A stretch of 63,555 nt of DNA, filler included, from Halorussus marinus (GTDB lineage Archaea; Halobacteriota; Halobacteria; Halobacteriales; Haladaptataceae), in the NCBI RefSeq assembly GCF_004765795.1. It is 4 parts of 4 records of this genome, joined end to end, with 100 filler letters (N's around TTAATTAATTAA, not from the genome) between each part and the next. Parts side by side here need not be neighbours in the genome. Positions count along the whole stretch, not along the records: positions 39,434 to 55,238 come from NZ_SBIV01000019.1; 3 more parts are not named here. One strand, given 5' to 3'. How positions within the stretch are numbered: the stretch's first letter is position 1; each line of letters opens with the position of its first letter. The notes under the pieces were generated by a model. That model had not been told where the DNA came from and made no database searches. It was given only the letters and a program-made list of their open reading frames with translations. This document shows, piece by piece, positions 41,671 through 52,267 of the stretch. The position numbers and the translations under genes were made by a program.

Positions 41671-42474
41671 TCACTTCTTGCTTTCCGGCGTTTCCCCGTG
41701 GGTTTTTGTCTGAAGGTCAATTTCGATTAAATTGGCGGTCCGTTTGACCTGTTGGGGAATCTCTTCCTCCCAACGAGACCCTTGCATACGTGTTACAGCT
41801 CCAGACACGCTAATCGCTCCATATGTATTTGATTGCTTGTCGACGATTGCGACGCCTACTGCCCGGGTCCCGGAGACCTCTTCACCATCGTATATTGCAT
41901 AGCCTCTCTCTCGAGTCTTTTCTAATTCGTCGAAGAGGGCTTCCTTGGTGGTGATTGTTTTTTCTGTAGATTGTGGGAGGCCATGTTCTTCAATAACTTC
42001 CTCGACGCGTTCACATGGAAATTCTGCAAGTATTGCTTTTCCGGTCGATGAGTGGTGGAGGTAATCGGGCTTTTGGTTTTTCCAGGCATGGAATTCTTCG
42101 GCAATAGCATTTTCGCCTCGCTCTCGATACAGATAGTAACCTAATCCATTCTCCTCGACCATCAGGTGTGCATATTCATCGGTTTTTTCCGCTAATCGAT
42201 CAACATACTCCTTTCCGACAGTATACAATGGTGATTGGTGTTGTACCGATTTCCCGTAATTAATGAACTTATTACTTAGCTGGTATTCATCGCCTTTTTT
42301 AACTACAAATCCCTGCTTGCGAAGGGTAGCAAGATGGTTGTAGACGGCTCCTTTCGAAAGTTCTAACTCGTTTGATAGTTCTGTCACCCCCACATTCCCA
42401 TGTCTCTGAAGAGCATTCAAAATACGACTTGTTGTCTCCACTGTTTTGAGTGTTCGTACGTCGTCTGCTGTCAT
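41671..42474 (-). CDS. IclR-family transcriptional regulator (paralogue of 30805-31581)
   Basis: RTLKTV, LSKGAVYNHLATLRK, LHHSSTGKAILA, GAISVSG. Confidence 0.92.
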   Translation of the reverse strand: MTADDVRTLKTVETTSRILNALQRHGNVGVTELSNELELSKGAVYNHLATLRKQGFVVKKGDEYQLSNKFINYGKSVQHQSPLYTVGKEYVDRLAEKTDEYAHLMVEENGLGYYLYRERGENAIAEEFHAWKNQKPDYLHHSSTGKAILAEFPCERVEEVIEEHGLPQSTEKTITTKEALFDELEKTRERGYAIYDGEEVSGTRAVGVAIVDKQSNTYGAISVSGAVTRMQGSRWEEEIPQQVKRTANLIEIDLQTKTHGETPESKK

Positions 42475-42654
42475 AGGTGTTCATAAGGATTAATGCTCCA
42501 AATAAGTTTGTGAATAACAAACAGGCCAGTCATTCTCGTCGTAGGATGTCCAAAGTGAAGAATATTTTCCCGGCTCAGATTCAACTCGAACCAATTATTT
42601 GGGAAATTATGGCCAATATTATAGGCATTTTCTCGCACAGACTATAGTAGTGGT

Positions 42655-43727
42655 TATACTCACGGACATAGATACGTGAAAACATTTGGTGGTTTGATGC
42701 TGTCGAGCGCAGAGAGCGCGGCATCACGAAGTTCGTCCAGCGTGTCGAAGAGGCGGTTTCCGAGTTCTTGATTGAGTTGTTTCCAGCACTCTTCCGCGGG
42801 GTTCAGCTCCGGTGAACCCCGCGGAAGATAGCACAGTTCGATCGGTGTTTCGTCGGCGAATTCCTGTACCTTGTTGGCCGTGAAATACGACGCGTTGTCC
42901 AAGACGACGCAGATTTTCTCGCCGAACTCGGTTTGGAGTGCGTCCAGTAAACGGATCGTCGTGTCGCTGTTGAAGTTTTCCGCACACGGCAGAAAGAACG
43001 TCTCGCCGGTATCGCTGACTGCACCGAGTAGTTTGATGCTGTCCCACGCGCCCGTCACCGGCAGTGACGGGCGCTCCCCCTCTGGAAACCATGCATAGAT
43101 CAGTGTCGAGAGAACCTGCCGTGTCTGATCTATTGCGAGGATCGTGTATTCGTCGTCCAGGTCGTCGCGCTTTTTTTGAAGCCTTCCTGCCAGGCTTCCT
43201 GCGCTCGCTCGTCGGACTTGTAGTATTCCGGCCGGGCTGTCTTCCAGGACAGCCCGGCCTCAGAGATCAACCGTCGGACATGGCGTTCACAGTATTCTAC
43301 ACCGAATTCTTCGATGAGATAGTGACGCGCGAGTGGCACAGACCACGCGGGCGCGTCGAATCCGACTTCCTCGGGAGATTGATGAAGTGCCTCAACGAAC
43401 TGCTCGTGCTCTTCGTCGGAGAGTTCGGAGGGTCTGCCCTCACGTGGTTTGTCGTAGACGACCTCCTCGAACGGCTCGTCGGCGAGCCGTTCGAGTCGGT
43501 TGAACCATTTCGAGGCCCAACTACCGGAAAATCCGTAGAGTTCGGCGGCCTCCGTCTGCGTGAGTTTGTCCATTTCTTTGTAGGTGATCGCCGCCATGAG
43601 CCGCTTTGTCGCGTCGGCGTCATCGACCTCTGCCAAGATCTGGCGGAGGTCTTCGACAGAGACGTTCTCTAACGTCGCCATACTGATCCTTGTTCCTCAA
43701 GCTCCATGAATTTTTAGCCGTCAGTAT
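42655..43727 (-). mobile_element. IS630-family element; orfA 43130-43681 and orfB to 42660 joined by a -1 frameshift
   Basis: HTH orfA ending GFKKS at an A7 run (43171-43177); orfB VLDNASYF, PELNPAEECW; imperfect IRs atactcacgg / atactgacgg. Confidence 0.88.
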
Positions 43728-43909
43728 GAGTATCAGACGGCTTGACGGCAAATTGAGCAATTGGCCTTGGCCCTATGCATTGAGAGAGCCAGTCTCAACT
43801 ACTGTGAGCCGGCGGTCTCAACTGAGTTCACCGTATAGAGGCGGAATCAGACTATTCTGAGGTTGCTGTTGGGGTATTGTAGAATAGTATCCTATTTTGG
43901 AATAGTACG

Positions 43910-44168
43910 CTATTCAGTCGATTCTGAAGAAGCAGATTCGCGAGCTTGTTCGAATCGTTCGGCCACTTCGTCTACGAGATCTTCCTCCACGACGGTTCGG
44001 AGAAGAGCATCAGTCATTTCCCGAACGACGATGTTCTGGTAACCCTGCTGGTTGAGCTCGCGTTCCAGTTCATACTTCAGCCAGGAATCGAAGTCCTCGA
44101 TCGTAGCCTCCCGGGCGTAGAAAGGCCGCTGTTTAGTTTCACTTTCACCGAACTATCGAGCCTTCTTC
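43910..44168 (-). pseudogene. Truncated acidic ORF remnant resembling haloarchaeal ParA-partner C-termini
   Basis: Reads ...*FGESETKQRPFYAREATIEDFDSWLKYELERELNQQGYQNIVVREMTDALLR...*; lies at the island/backbone junction. Confidence 0.35.
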
Positions 44169-44241
44169 AAGGGGCTTCCATCGGTAGCGCCGCCCACGGA
44201 TGTACGCCAGCGACCTGCCGCACGCGGGAGGTGACCGCCGC

Positions 44242-44733
44242 ATGACCGCCGTCTGCCCGGACTGCGGCACGCCGATCTCCGCTATCGTCACCCGCGGGCC
44301 GTCCGCGCACTTCCTCGCGCCCTGCGGATGCCGAGCGACCACCCGGACGGTCCGCGACCTCGCGGGCGACGCCGACCGCGGCCGGGGCGTCGCCACCGAC
44401 GGCGGCCTCGACGTCCAGCTCGCGTTCGCCGACTTCCACGCCTTCGAGCGCGACCTGCTGTACGCCGTCCGCGCGCTCGAACGCGACGGCGACCAAGAAC
44501 CGCCGAAGGGCCTCGCCATCAAGTCCTACCTCGAAGACGACTACGACGAGATCAACCACAGTCGGCTCTACCAGAATCTCGACGCGCTGATCGAGCGCGG
44601 CCTGCTCTCGAAAGCCGAGAAGGACGGCCGGACCAACGAGTACGCGACCACCGACCGCGCTCGCCAGCTCCTCACCCGCCACGCCCAGCGCCGCGCCGAC
44701 CAAGCCGGACTCACGGGGGTGGACCGGCCGTGA
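44242..44733 (+). CDS. Small Zn-finger plus PadR-like wHTH regulator
   Basis: CPDCG...PCGC, ATDGG linker, FERDLL..PKGLAIK..INHSRLYQNLDALIERGL..RTNEY; SD ggaggtga. Confidence 0.8.
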   Translation: MTAVCPDCGTPISAIVTRGPSAHFLAPCGCRATTRTVRDLAGDADRGRGVATDGGLDVQLAFADFHAFERDLLYAVRALERDGDQEPPKGLAIKSYLEDDYDEINHSRLYQNLDALIERGLLSKAEKDGRTNEYATTDRARQLLTRHAQRRADQAGLTGVDRP

Positions 44734-45002
44734 AGCGCGACCGTGATCTCCCCGAAGACCCTGAGGTGTGGCGGGACCCCGACGTGCTCGAAGCGCTGTA
44801 CGTCGAACGCGGCTGGTCGGTCGACGATATCGCCGACCACTTCGAGGCGCTGGGCGCTGAGGCCATCACCCCGCGCCGGGTGCGCTGGCTGCTCCACACC
44901 AACGACATCCGGTGTGGGCGCAACGACCGCCCGCCGGTCACCGGCACCGCCGCCCAGCTCTGGCAGACCGACAAGGACGCCGTCGGAGGTGACCGCACGT
45001 GA
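44730..45002 (+). CDS. Small HTH-like hypothetical protein
   Basis: GTGA-coupled start; WRDPDVLEALYVERGWSVDDIADHF. Confidence 0.6.
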   Translation: MKRDRDLPEDPEVWRDPDVLEALYVERGWSVDDIADHFEALGAEAITPRRVRWLLHTNDIRCGRNDRPPVTGTAAQLWQTDKDAVGGDRT

Positions 45003-45162
45003 CCCACCCGTCGGGTGCCGTCGGCCACACGCTGACCGACGGTGCCCCGCGCCACACGCTCGAGTCCGGTACCCCTGGCCATCTGGCGGGTGCCCCCGAC
45101 CACAGCCGTCACAGGCGCGGCATGCTCGCCAGCGTCGACGCCCACTCGGGAGGTGAGCCCGC

Positions 45163-45549
45163 ATGACCACCCACGGCGACGACCCGGACTCGTCAGTCCT
45201 CTACGAGCGCGACGCCGCGTCGGTTGACCGTATCGGCGACCTCGTCCTGCTGGTGCTGGCGACCGTCGACGCCGACCAACTCCCCCACGACGAGCTAGTC
45301 ATCTGCGTCGTCTCGCTCGTCGAAGATCACGGCGAAGCCTTCGACGTCACGACCGACAGCGCCGCCATCGAGACGCTCGACGCGTTGGGCATGCTCGCTT
45401 CCCTCGACTACGTCGACGGTCATCCCTATTCCTTGGAAGCCGAGACCGCCCGCCTGACTGACCGTGGCGAGCAGGCCGCCCACGCACTCATCGCGGGGCT
45501 CGGTCCCGAGGGGCAGGCCGCACTCACGGGGGTGGCCGCCGATGCGTGA
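45163..45549 (+). CDS. Hypothetical protein (possible wHTH)
   Basis: SD ggaggtga; acidic; ARLTDRGE wing-like motif. Confidence 0.55.
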   Translation: MTTHGDDPDSSVLYERDAASVDRIGDLVLLVLATVDADQLPHDELVICVVSLVEDHGEAFDVTTDSAAIETLDALGMLASLDYVDGHPYSLEAETARLTDRGEQAAHALIAGLGPEGQAALTGVAADA

Positions 45550-45967
45550 CGAGGGTGCGAGCGATCGGGAGCAGGTTCGAATCCATCGAGGCGGCCCGAA
45601 GACCGACGGTCCGTCGAAGCAGGCGATGCTCAGAGCCGAACGCGGCGACGCCCTCGATGTCGACGGCGTCGGCGTGCTGGAGATCGTGAAGCGGACGAAC
45701 ACCTACTACGGACCGAAACTCACGCTGTTCGATGAGGGCGATGATAACCGGAACTACCGACTCGTCGCGCCGGGATTCGCGTCGGAACTCGAACTGTGGC
45801 GGTCCATCCGGAACGAGGATGGCTTTATCGAGGCGTGGGAGCGGCTCGGGGAAGTCTCGGCGGAACTCGTGGACACCAAACAGTACGACATCTGCCCGGA
45901 GTGCGGTGAACCGCTGAAGACGATCGAACACGAGCGAGAGGCTCTTGCAGGGGTGTGTGGTCTATGA
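45542..45967 (+). CDS. Hypothetical protein with C-terminal CPECG motif
   Basis: Overlaps the previous stop; acidic halophile composition. Confidence 0.6.
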   Translation: MRDEGASDREQVRIHRGGPKTDGPSKQAMLRAERGDALDVDGVGVLEIVKRTNTYYGPKLTLFDEGDDNRNYRLVAPGFASELELWRSIRNEDGFIEAWERLGEVSAELVDTKQYDICPECGEPLKTIEHEREALAGVCGL

Positions 45968-46287
45968 CCGGTGGAGAGTCAATCGACGCGACTGCTCGCT
46001 CAGCGACGACGACGGTGGGGCGGAAAGAAGTCCCATCGGTCGGCGGACTGTGTTCGTCGTGTGGGGGCGGCCAGATCTACCGCGAGGAGGGCACGCGCGT
46101 CTGTGACGGATGCGGGACGTGGTGGTCTCGGCTCGAGCACGCGCCGAACAATTGGCGGACAAACGCTTCCGAGCACGACGAGACAGACGAAACTGGCGGC
46201 CTCGATGCGGAGGGGTGTCCACCGCTGACTGAGTGGGCCGACCACGAGTCTGGGACGGCCACCGAGCGGGACGGTGGTCAGGCGTGA
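45964..46287 (+). CDS. Small Zn-ribbon protein
   Basis: CSSCGG...CDGCG; ATGA-coupled. Confidence 0.5.
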   Translation: MTGGESIDATARSATTTVGRKEVPSVGGLCSSCGGGQIYREEGTRVCDGCGTWWSRLEHAPNNWRTNASEHDETDETGGLDAEGCPPLTEWADHESGTATERDGGQA

Positions 46288-46739
46288 CCGACGAGTGTGC
46301 AAGCGCTGGTCGGCGGCCGAAGGCCGAGCGACGAACGGCAGTCGACCCCACGAGTCGCCTGCAGGCACAACTGTACTACGATGCCGACCGGGGTCACTCG
46401 GTCTGCGTTGAGCGGCTCCGCGCACGGGATGCGACGACGTGGGTGGTTCGTGACGCTCGGACGGACGAGGTCCTCGAACGGATCTCGAAGGGCGTGAAAC
46501 GATACCGGATGGGCCCGGGCGGTCCGTTCCTGAACCTCGAAGATGCTCCCGAGGACATCCGGACGCTCCGTACCGAGACCGGCCTCTGCCCGGTCTGCCG
46601 ACGGGACCCCGCGACTAACGACGCCGAGCGCGACCTCACCGTCTACGCGAACCCCGCCGGCACCGACGGTTGGGCCGACTGCGATCAGGATCGGTGCCAC
46701 CGCACGGAGATCACGGAGGTGCTGATCCGTGTCGCGTGA
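46284..46739 (+). CDS. Hypothetical Cys-containing protein
   Basis: GTGA-coupled; CPVC...CDQDRC. Confidence 0.5.
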   Translation: MTDECASAGRRPKAERRTAVDPTSRLQAQLYYDADRGHSVCVERLRARDATTWVVRDARTDEVLERISKGVKRYRMGPGGPFLNLEDAPEDIRTLRTETGLCPVCRRDPATNDAERDLTVYANPAGTDGWADCDQDRCHRTEITEVLIRVA

Positions 46740-46980
46740 CCAGCCATCAGCCGGCCCGCATCACCGACCCGAATCCCTCGAGCAGAGAACACCCAGCGGT
46801 AAGTACCCCGACACCACCCATCGGATCGACCAACTCAGTCGCGTCGACGACGCTACCCGCTGGGTGTCGTTCGAGCCGCTAATCGAACCGGTTTGGGATG
46901 TCGACCTCACGGGAATCGACTGGGCGCTGGTCGGCGGCGAGATCGCGTCCGCGGCCGACCGCTGTGAGATGGACCAGCGT
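46729..46980 (+). pseudogene. Fragment of phage Gp37/Gp68-like (DUF5131) protein
   Basis: HRIDQL..RWVSFEPLIEP..DLTGIDWALVGGE; the N-terminal radical-SAM-like half is absent. Confidence 0.6.
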
Positions 46981-47488
46981 GAAAGCAGGGAGATGCCACC
47001 AGATCCCGACGTAACGGTTCGCGCGTGCTGGAGACTCCCTGAATCAGGTCATGAACCGGAGGAAACGCTCGTGACTGTTAGAGTTGTGACACGCGTCAGA
47101 CGCATATTTAATAAGGGGCGACTTCGAAGCAGACAGGCAAAGCTAGGCAAGAATCAGCGTCCGGAAGAACCCTGGTTGGCTACCCTGTTCTTCTGGACTC
47201 AGCGAAATAAATCTTTCCCCCTCAGTCAGTGGCAACCCTGTCGTTCGACTGAGAGGCGGGTTCTCGTTGAGTACGGCGGCGTGATCACGGCGGCCGCCAG
47301 CGCGTAACTCGCCGACCAACACTGATGGTCAGCGACGCGTCCACATCCAGACAGCGAGCGAGCCCTATCTGCCGTCACGACGGCACGGCCGTCCGGACGG
47401 TCCGTGAGTGTGTGGTCCACATCGACTGCGCCCTCACGGGCACACGTTCGTCGACGGCGAGCGCGACCGCCACTGGGGAGGTGGTTCG

Positions 47489-50400
47489 GTGACGTATCAG
47501 GTCGTCGGCTGTTCGGCCTGTGGCTCGTTCTGGATCGTCGAGGCCCTCCGAAACCAGACGACCGCCCAGTGCCCCGTTTGTTTCCAACAGCATCAGACCG
47601 ACCTCCTCAACGTCCGGTTCGAACACGAGGAGTTCGAGGTTGCCGCCGAGACCAGGTCGAAGATTCTTGCCGAGCAGGCCGGCCACCTCGACCAGTACGA
47701 GACCGCCGACGACTATGGTGTCCTCGGCGAGCGCGCTGACGACCCGGTCCTTTCAGACCGCGAGTACTGTGAAGCGCTCGGCCTCCCCCCCGAAGAGGCC
47801 GGTCTCGACACCGCAATTACTCGGGGGAAGACCGCCGAGAACCGCACGCAGACCGAGACTCTGACGACAGACCCCGGTAAGCCCCCCGATATCGAAGTTG
47901 ACATTGCGGACCGCCCGCAACTCGATGTCTCGAAAGCAGGCCACGCCGACCGTTCGCGTGGCCTCTCGCGTGTCCTTCCCGGAAGCCAACTCTCCGCGGC
48001 GGGCCACATCTACCAGCGGGTCACTCCGCGCGTTACCGAACTCATCGACGAGACATCCGGCGACATGGACCACGACCTTCGCGATGATCTCCGCCCACAG
48101 GCCGCCCGACTTGTCCATGAGCTCGCCGAGCAACGCGCGCCCGAACTCCTTGACCCGAGCGAACCCGAGTACCACGACGTCGACTGGTTTGTCGCCGAAG
48201 TCCTTACCGAGACGGTCTGTGACCTCCCCCGGACGGACGACGCGATCGACGATTACGCGGTCGTCGCGGAAGCGCAGGGCTACCTCCACGCGCTCGCCCG
48301 CTATGCTATCCTCTGGGCGGACGACGACTACCGGGACGGCCGTGGGTTCCGCGGCGAGGAGTTCGTCGAGCGCGTCGAACGGACGCTCGAGCAGGCCGCG
48401 ACCTCTCAGGGGTCGTTCCAAGCACCTGTCGTCGAAACGCTCAAGCACACGCTTGTCGCGCTGTTCACGGAGCGTGACGTACCGGAGGTTCTCACGTTCT
48501 ACCTCGACGGCGAGGCGTGGACCGAAGCCGACAAGCAGACCGTCGAGACGGCGCTCCAGCTGTTCGCCGTCCTCGGCGAAGGATTCGACGTGCGGCTCAA
48601 GTACTCGCCGGCTGTCGAGGACGTCATCGACCGTGCGGTCGACCGCGTCCGAGCTCGGGATGCTGACGATCCAGACTGGCTCGAACCGGTGACGAATCTT
48701 AGTGAGACCGAGATGAGGTCCGGGCGTCCGCCCGGTGCTGGGTCCGGTCAGTCCGGGCCGACGGCGTGGGACGCCTACGACGCGCTCGATCACCTCGCAA
48801 ACAGCGCGGACGTCCTCCAGATGATCCCGCATCTGCGCGCGCGAGGAACGCGCGCGGTCACGGACCTCAAGCGCGACGACGCTGTCCGCTGTGCTGACGG
48901 GTCCGTATACGCGAATCTCGACACGCTCGAAGACGCAGGCATCGTCACATCCGTGAAGCGGGCTGGCCGCCGCCACGTCTCGCTCACCGAACTCGGCGAC
49001 GTCGCCCAGCGCATCGTCACCGCCGACGGTCGCCTCCTCCACCCGTCCCAAGCGTGCCTTGGGCCGGGTCTTAGCGGCACCCCCCAGCTTCTCGCAAGTG
49101 AGTGTAACACCCGAACAAGGACGGAAGGGGGGCCGGATGGGCCGGGCCGCTCCCCCGCCGGGAGCGCCCCCGCGACCGCCGACGATGCGCCGTCGACGCC
49201 TGAGGAGTGGCTCGCCGCGACCGGCGATCCCCGCGACGAGAGCTTCGTGCAGTGGCTGGGCAACGCCACCGCAGACCGCCCGCTCCAGCCGTCAGCAATG
49301 CATAACCGCCTGCTGGCGGGCAACCGCGTCGAAGGCATCAATCTCGTCCATGAACCGCATCACAAGCGCTGGAATAAGACCGAGGACGGCGACGGCCGGG
49401 TCACGTACATCAGTGGCGGTGCAGAGTTCGACGACACAGCGCTGGCAGTGGTCCAGTGGGGTGGGCCGGCGGTGACGCTGGCACGTCTCATCGCAACCAT
49501 ATTCGGCAACGCCGCGTTCGGGAAGCTCCTCGAGGAGAGTCGGGTCGGAACCCAGTTGGAGCAACTCCATGGGGACGTCAGTCAGTTCGAGAAGGACCTC
49601 GACGCGATCCTCCGGCGTGGCAACCACCATGGCTGGCTGAGCGACGAAGAGCTCGCCCACTACGAGAACTGGAAAGACCGGATGGGCGATGTCCGGTCGA
49701 TGTTGCTGGCAAGGCTGTCCGAGCTCGCGAGCCTCGACGCCGGGTTGAAACGCGAGTTCCTTGAGGACCTCCACGGGCTGTTCACGACCGCGACCCACGT
49801 CTACGACGCGGCTGGGTTCGACCTCGTAGCCAACCTGCAGGTGCCCGATGTCGCAGAACTCCGTGACGACCAGACGCGGTACCAGCAGTTCCTTGACTTC
49901 ATGCGGTACACCCCGACGAAACAGGCGGTCTACCGCGACGAGCACGGCGTCCACAGCATCCATCGGATGCAACGTGACGACCGGCCCGAGAAGTTGCGGA
50001 ACCGCATCGAGTACGACGTCGACGAGGACGACCCGACGGCGGACCTGACCTGTTCGTGGATCATCTCGGCCGACGGTGCACCCCGAATGCAAGAGGACAT
50101 CCGGGCGGCGATCGGGAACGAACAGGAGCGGGTGCGGGAGCAGATTGTCGAAGGGGAGGAGGCGGCGGCGGTGCTGGAGATCCCAATCAAGAGCGCGAAT
50201 ACGTTCGCGGCCACGAAGCAACTGGTCCGGGAGTGGGCCGACCGGAAAGGCCACCGGCCGGGCGAGACGACACAACCACTTGACCGCCTCACACGGATGC
50301 TCCACGCCGTGCTCGGGACGCCGGAGTTCGGTCCGTCGCCGTTCGACGTGGCGTCGGTGATGATGGCGCTCGGCCGTCGCGACGGCTACGGCGACGAGCT

Positions 50401-51010
50401 GACGGTCGGCGACCTCGCGCACGGCCTCGGCGAACTCCCGGCGAACCGACTCTTGCCGAGCCTGTTTGAGGCGGCCGCCGAGCAACGGAAACCGGCGCTC
50501 CAGCGGATGGTCAAAGCTCTCCTCCAAGCCGAGGGAGCGCTCTCGCGCCAGGACCTGATCGACGTGACGAGCGAGAACAGCTACAGTCGGCTCCATCACT
50601 ATCTCGACGCCGCTGACCTCGTTGAGAAGGTCGACGACGGCCAGTGGACAATCTCGCTCGAACCGTGGTGGGCCTCGACGAACGACCACGTCGAACCGCG
50701 GCAGGACGGCCACGAGACGGAGATTCTGACGACGGGCGGACAGCCGGTCTGGTCGGACGTGGCGTACGGGATTGCATTGGAGTATCTCGATCAGGTGCCG
50801 AGTGAGGAGTGGGTAGATGTGTGGAACTCGCCTGTCGATCTGGGGGAAGTCGTTGATGTAATACCGGAACTCAGGCGGTTCGAGCATCTCCTGCGGACCT
50901 ATTACGACCTAGACGATCCAACAGAAAATGAGCGGACAGCCGTCGCGATGGTCGGACGGCATCCGGCGATGCCCGAAGAGGGCCAGCAGCAGCTTGGGGT
51001 GGTTGGATAA
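47489..51010 (+). CDS. Large plasmid replication protein, RepH-like, with N-terminal Zn-finger domain
   Basis: YQVVGCSAC..WIV..AQCPVC N-terminus; two wHTH-like segments; DGRVTYIS..VVQWGGP resembles haloarchaeal RepH-annotated proteins (from memory); SD ggaggtg. Confidence 0.6.
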   Translation: MTYQVVGCSACGSFWIVEALRNQTTAQCPVCFQQHQTDLLNVRFEHEEFEVAAETRSKILAEQAGHLDQYETADDYGVLGERADDPVLSDREYCEALGLPPEEAGLDTAITRGKTAENRTQTETLTTDPGKPPDIEVDIADRPQLDVSKAGHADRSRGLSRVLPGSQLSAAGHIYQRVTPRVTELIDETSGDMDHDLRDDLRPQAARLVHELAEQRAPELLDPSEPEYHDVDWFVAEVLTETVCDLPRTDDAIDDYAVVAEAQGYLHALARYAILWADDDYRDGRGFRGEEFVERVERTLEQAATSQGSFQAPVVETLKHTLVALFTERDVPEVLTFYLDGEAWTEADKQTVETALQLFAVLGEGFDVRLKYSPAVEDVIDRAVDRVRARDADDPDWLEPVTNLSETEMRSGRPPGAGSGQSGPTAWDAYDALDHLANSADVLQMIPHLRARGTRAVTDLKRDDAVRCADGSVYANLDTLEDAGIVTSVKRAGRRHVSLTELGDVAQRIVTADGRLLHPSQACLGPGLSGTPQLLASECNTRTRTEGGPDGPGRSPAGSAPATADDAPSTPEEWLAATGDPRDESFVQWLGNATADRPLQPSAMHNRLLAGNRVEGINLVHEPHHKRWNKTEDGDGRVTYISGGAEFDDTALAVVQWGGPAVTLARLIATIFGNAAFGKLLEESRVGTQLEQLHGDVSQFEKDLDAILRRGNHHGWLSDEELAHYENWKDRMGDVRSMLLARLSELASLDAGLKREFLEDLHGLFTTATHVYDAAGFDLVANLQVPDVAELRDDQTRYQQFLDFMRYTPTKQAVYRDEHGVHSIHRMQRDDRPEKLRNRIEYDVDEDDPTADLTCSWIISADGAPRMQEDIRAAIGNEQERVREQIVEGEEAAAVLEIPIKSANTFAATKQLVREWADRKGHRPGETTQPLDRLTRMLHAVLGTPEFGPSPFDVASVMMALGRRDGYGDELTVGDLAHGLGELPANRLLPSLFEAAAEQRKPALQRMVKALLQAEGALSRQDLIDVTSENSYSRLHHYLDAADLVEKVDDGQWTISLEPWWASTNDHVEPRQDGHETEILTTGGQPVWSDVAYGIALEYLDQVPSEEWVDVWNSPVDLGEVVDVIPELRRFEHLLRTYYDLDDPTENERTAVAMVGRHPAMPEEGQQQLGVVG

Positions 51011-51185
51011 GAACGCCAGACGGCGGCATGGGTGGTCTCTGTAAGAACGCTGGAACTCCGGGGAAGGTAAGCGGTCGCTTGCGAACGTGTCGAGTACTTC
51101 TGTGAATAGAGATATAGAATGGGGAGTCCCGTCCCAGTTGCCACGCGGCAATAGGTTTAGGTGAGTGGCTGGCGAACCAAGAGAC

Positions 51186-51548
51186 ATGAGTCAAGACCGC
51201 GAACGAAACGACCAAGGGCAGTACGTCGGCACGATCTCGCTCGAGGACGTAGTCGAAGCGATTCGCCAGACGGACAGTCCCGTGGCGACCGCACCCGAGC
51301 TCGGTGAGATCCTCGACTGTAGCTCAGAAACAGTTCGGCAGAAACTGGTCACACTCCACGAGCAGGGCCGGGTGGAACGGCGCACAGTCGGGGCCAACGC
51401 CGTCGTGTGGTGGCTGACCGACACCGAGAACACCGTCGCCGAAATCAACCCGGACGACCCGTTCTGGAGCGCAGACCCGCACGGCGGTGACGAGCCGGTC
51501 GGCGAGGAGGACATCGACGATATCCTCTACGGCGAGGCAGAATCGTAA
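51186..51548 (+). CDS. wHTH putative antitoxin (second copy)
   Basis: Near-identical to 22172-22540. Confidence 0.78.
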   Translation: MSQDRERNDQGQYVGTISLEDVVEAIRQTDSPVATAPELGEILDCSSETVRQKLVTLHEQGRVERRTVGANAVVWWLTDTENTVAEINPDDPFWSADPHGGDEPVGEEDIDDILYGEAES

Positions 51549-51994
51549 TGACGCAGGGCGCAACGCCATTGTTCATCGATACGGGCGCGTTCTTCGCATG
51601 GGCCTACGAGCAGGCCGAACGCCACGACCGAGCCCGCGAGGTTTTCGATGCCCTCGGCGCTGGCGACCTCCCGTACCGGCCGCTCTACACGAGCCGGTCG
51701 GTGCTCTCGGAGCTCGCTACGCTGATGGTTCGCAAGGTCGGCCATGCCGAGGCCGTCGAGACACTCGACACGATCCGTGAGTCGGAGAGCTTCAACGTCC
51801 TCCCGGTAGACAAACCTGCGTTCACTGCTGCGTGCGACGAGTTCGCTCAGTACGATGACCACCAGATTTCGTTTGTCGACCATACGAGTAGTGTGCTGGC
51901 GGGAAGCCGGGACATCGAGCACATGTTCGCGTTCGACAGCGATTTTCGGACGCTCGGGTTTACCCTCGTCCCTGCAGACGTAGCGGTCCCGTGA
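51548..51994 (+). CDS. vapC: PIN-domain VapC-like toxin (intact copy)
   Basis: FIDTGAF, SVLSEL, SFVDHTS, FAFDSDF. Confidence 0.87.
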   Translation: MTQGATPLFIDTGAFFAWAYEQAERHDRAREVFDALGAGDLPYRPLYTSRSVLSELATLMVRKVGHAEAVETLDTIRESESFNVLPVDKPAFTAACDEFAQYDDHQISFVDHTSSVLAGSRDIEHMFAFDSDFRTLGFTLVPADVAVP

Positions 51995-52267
51995 GGAAGA
52001 ACTCTCGCCGACATCCTCGTCTCGGTAGTAGATTCACGATTGGACGACCAACAGTGAAATCGAGTACACTAGGATATCTTCCTAGGAGGGTGTTATAGAA
52101 GACTTCACACACCCACAGAGATTGGTCACCATAGCAGTAGTCGATAATACGATTTCTTTATTCAGCCTTCAGGACGTAACCAATATGGACGTTTTTACTC
52201 GGTGTGGGACGTGATTCCGCCATACAATAATCACAACTGTTTTAATCACTATCGTTAATTCTATTTA

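Noticed and set aside
52085..52115. gagggtgttatagaa solo ISH11-like end
   Set aside because: No partner IR or transposase; too short to call.
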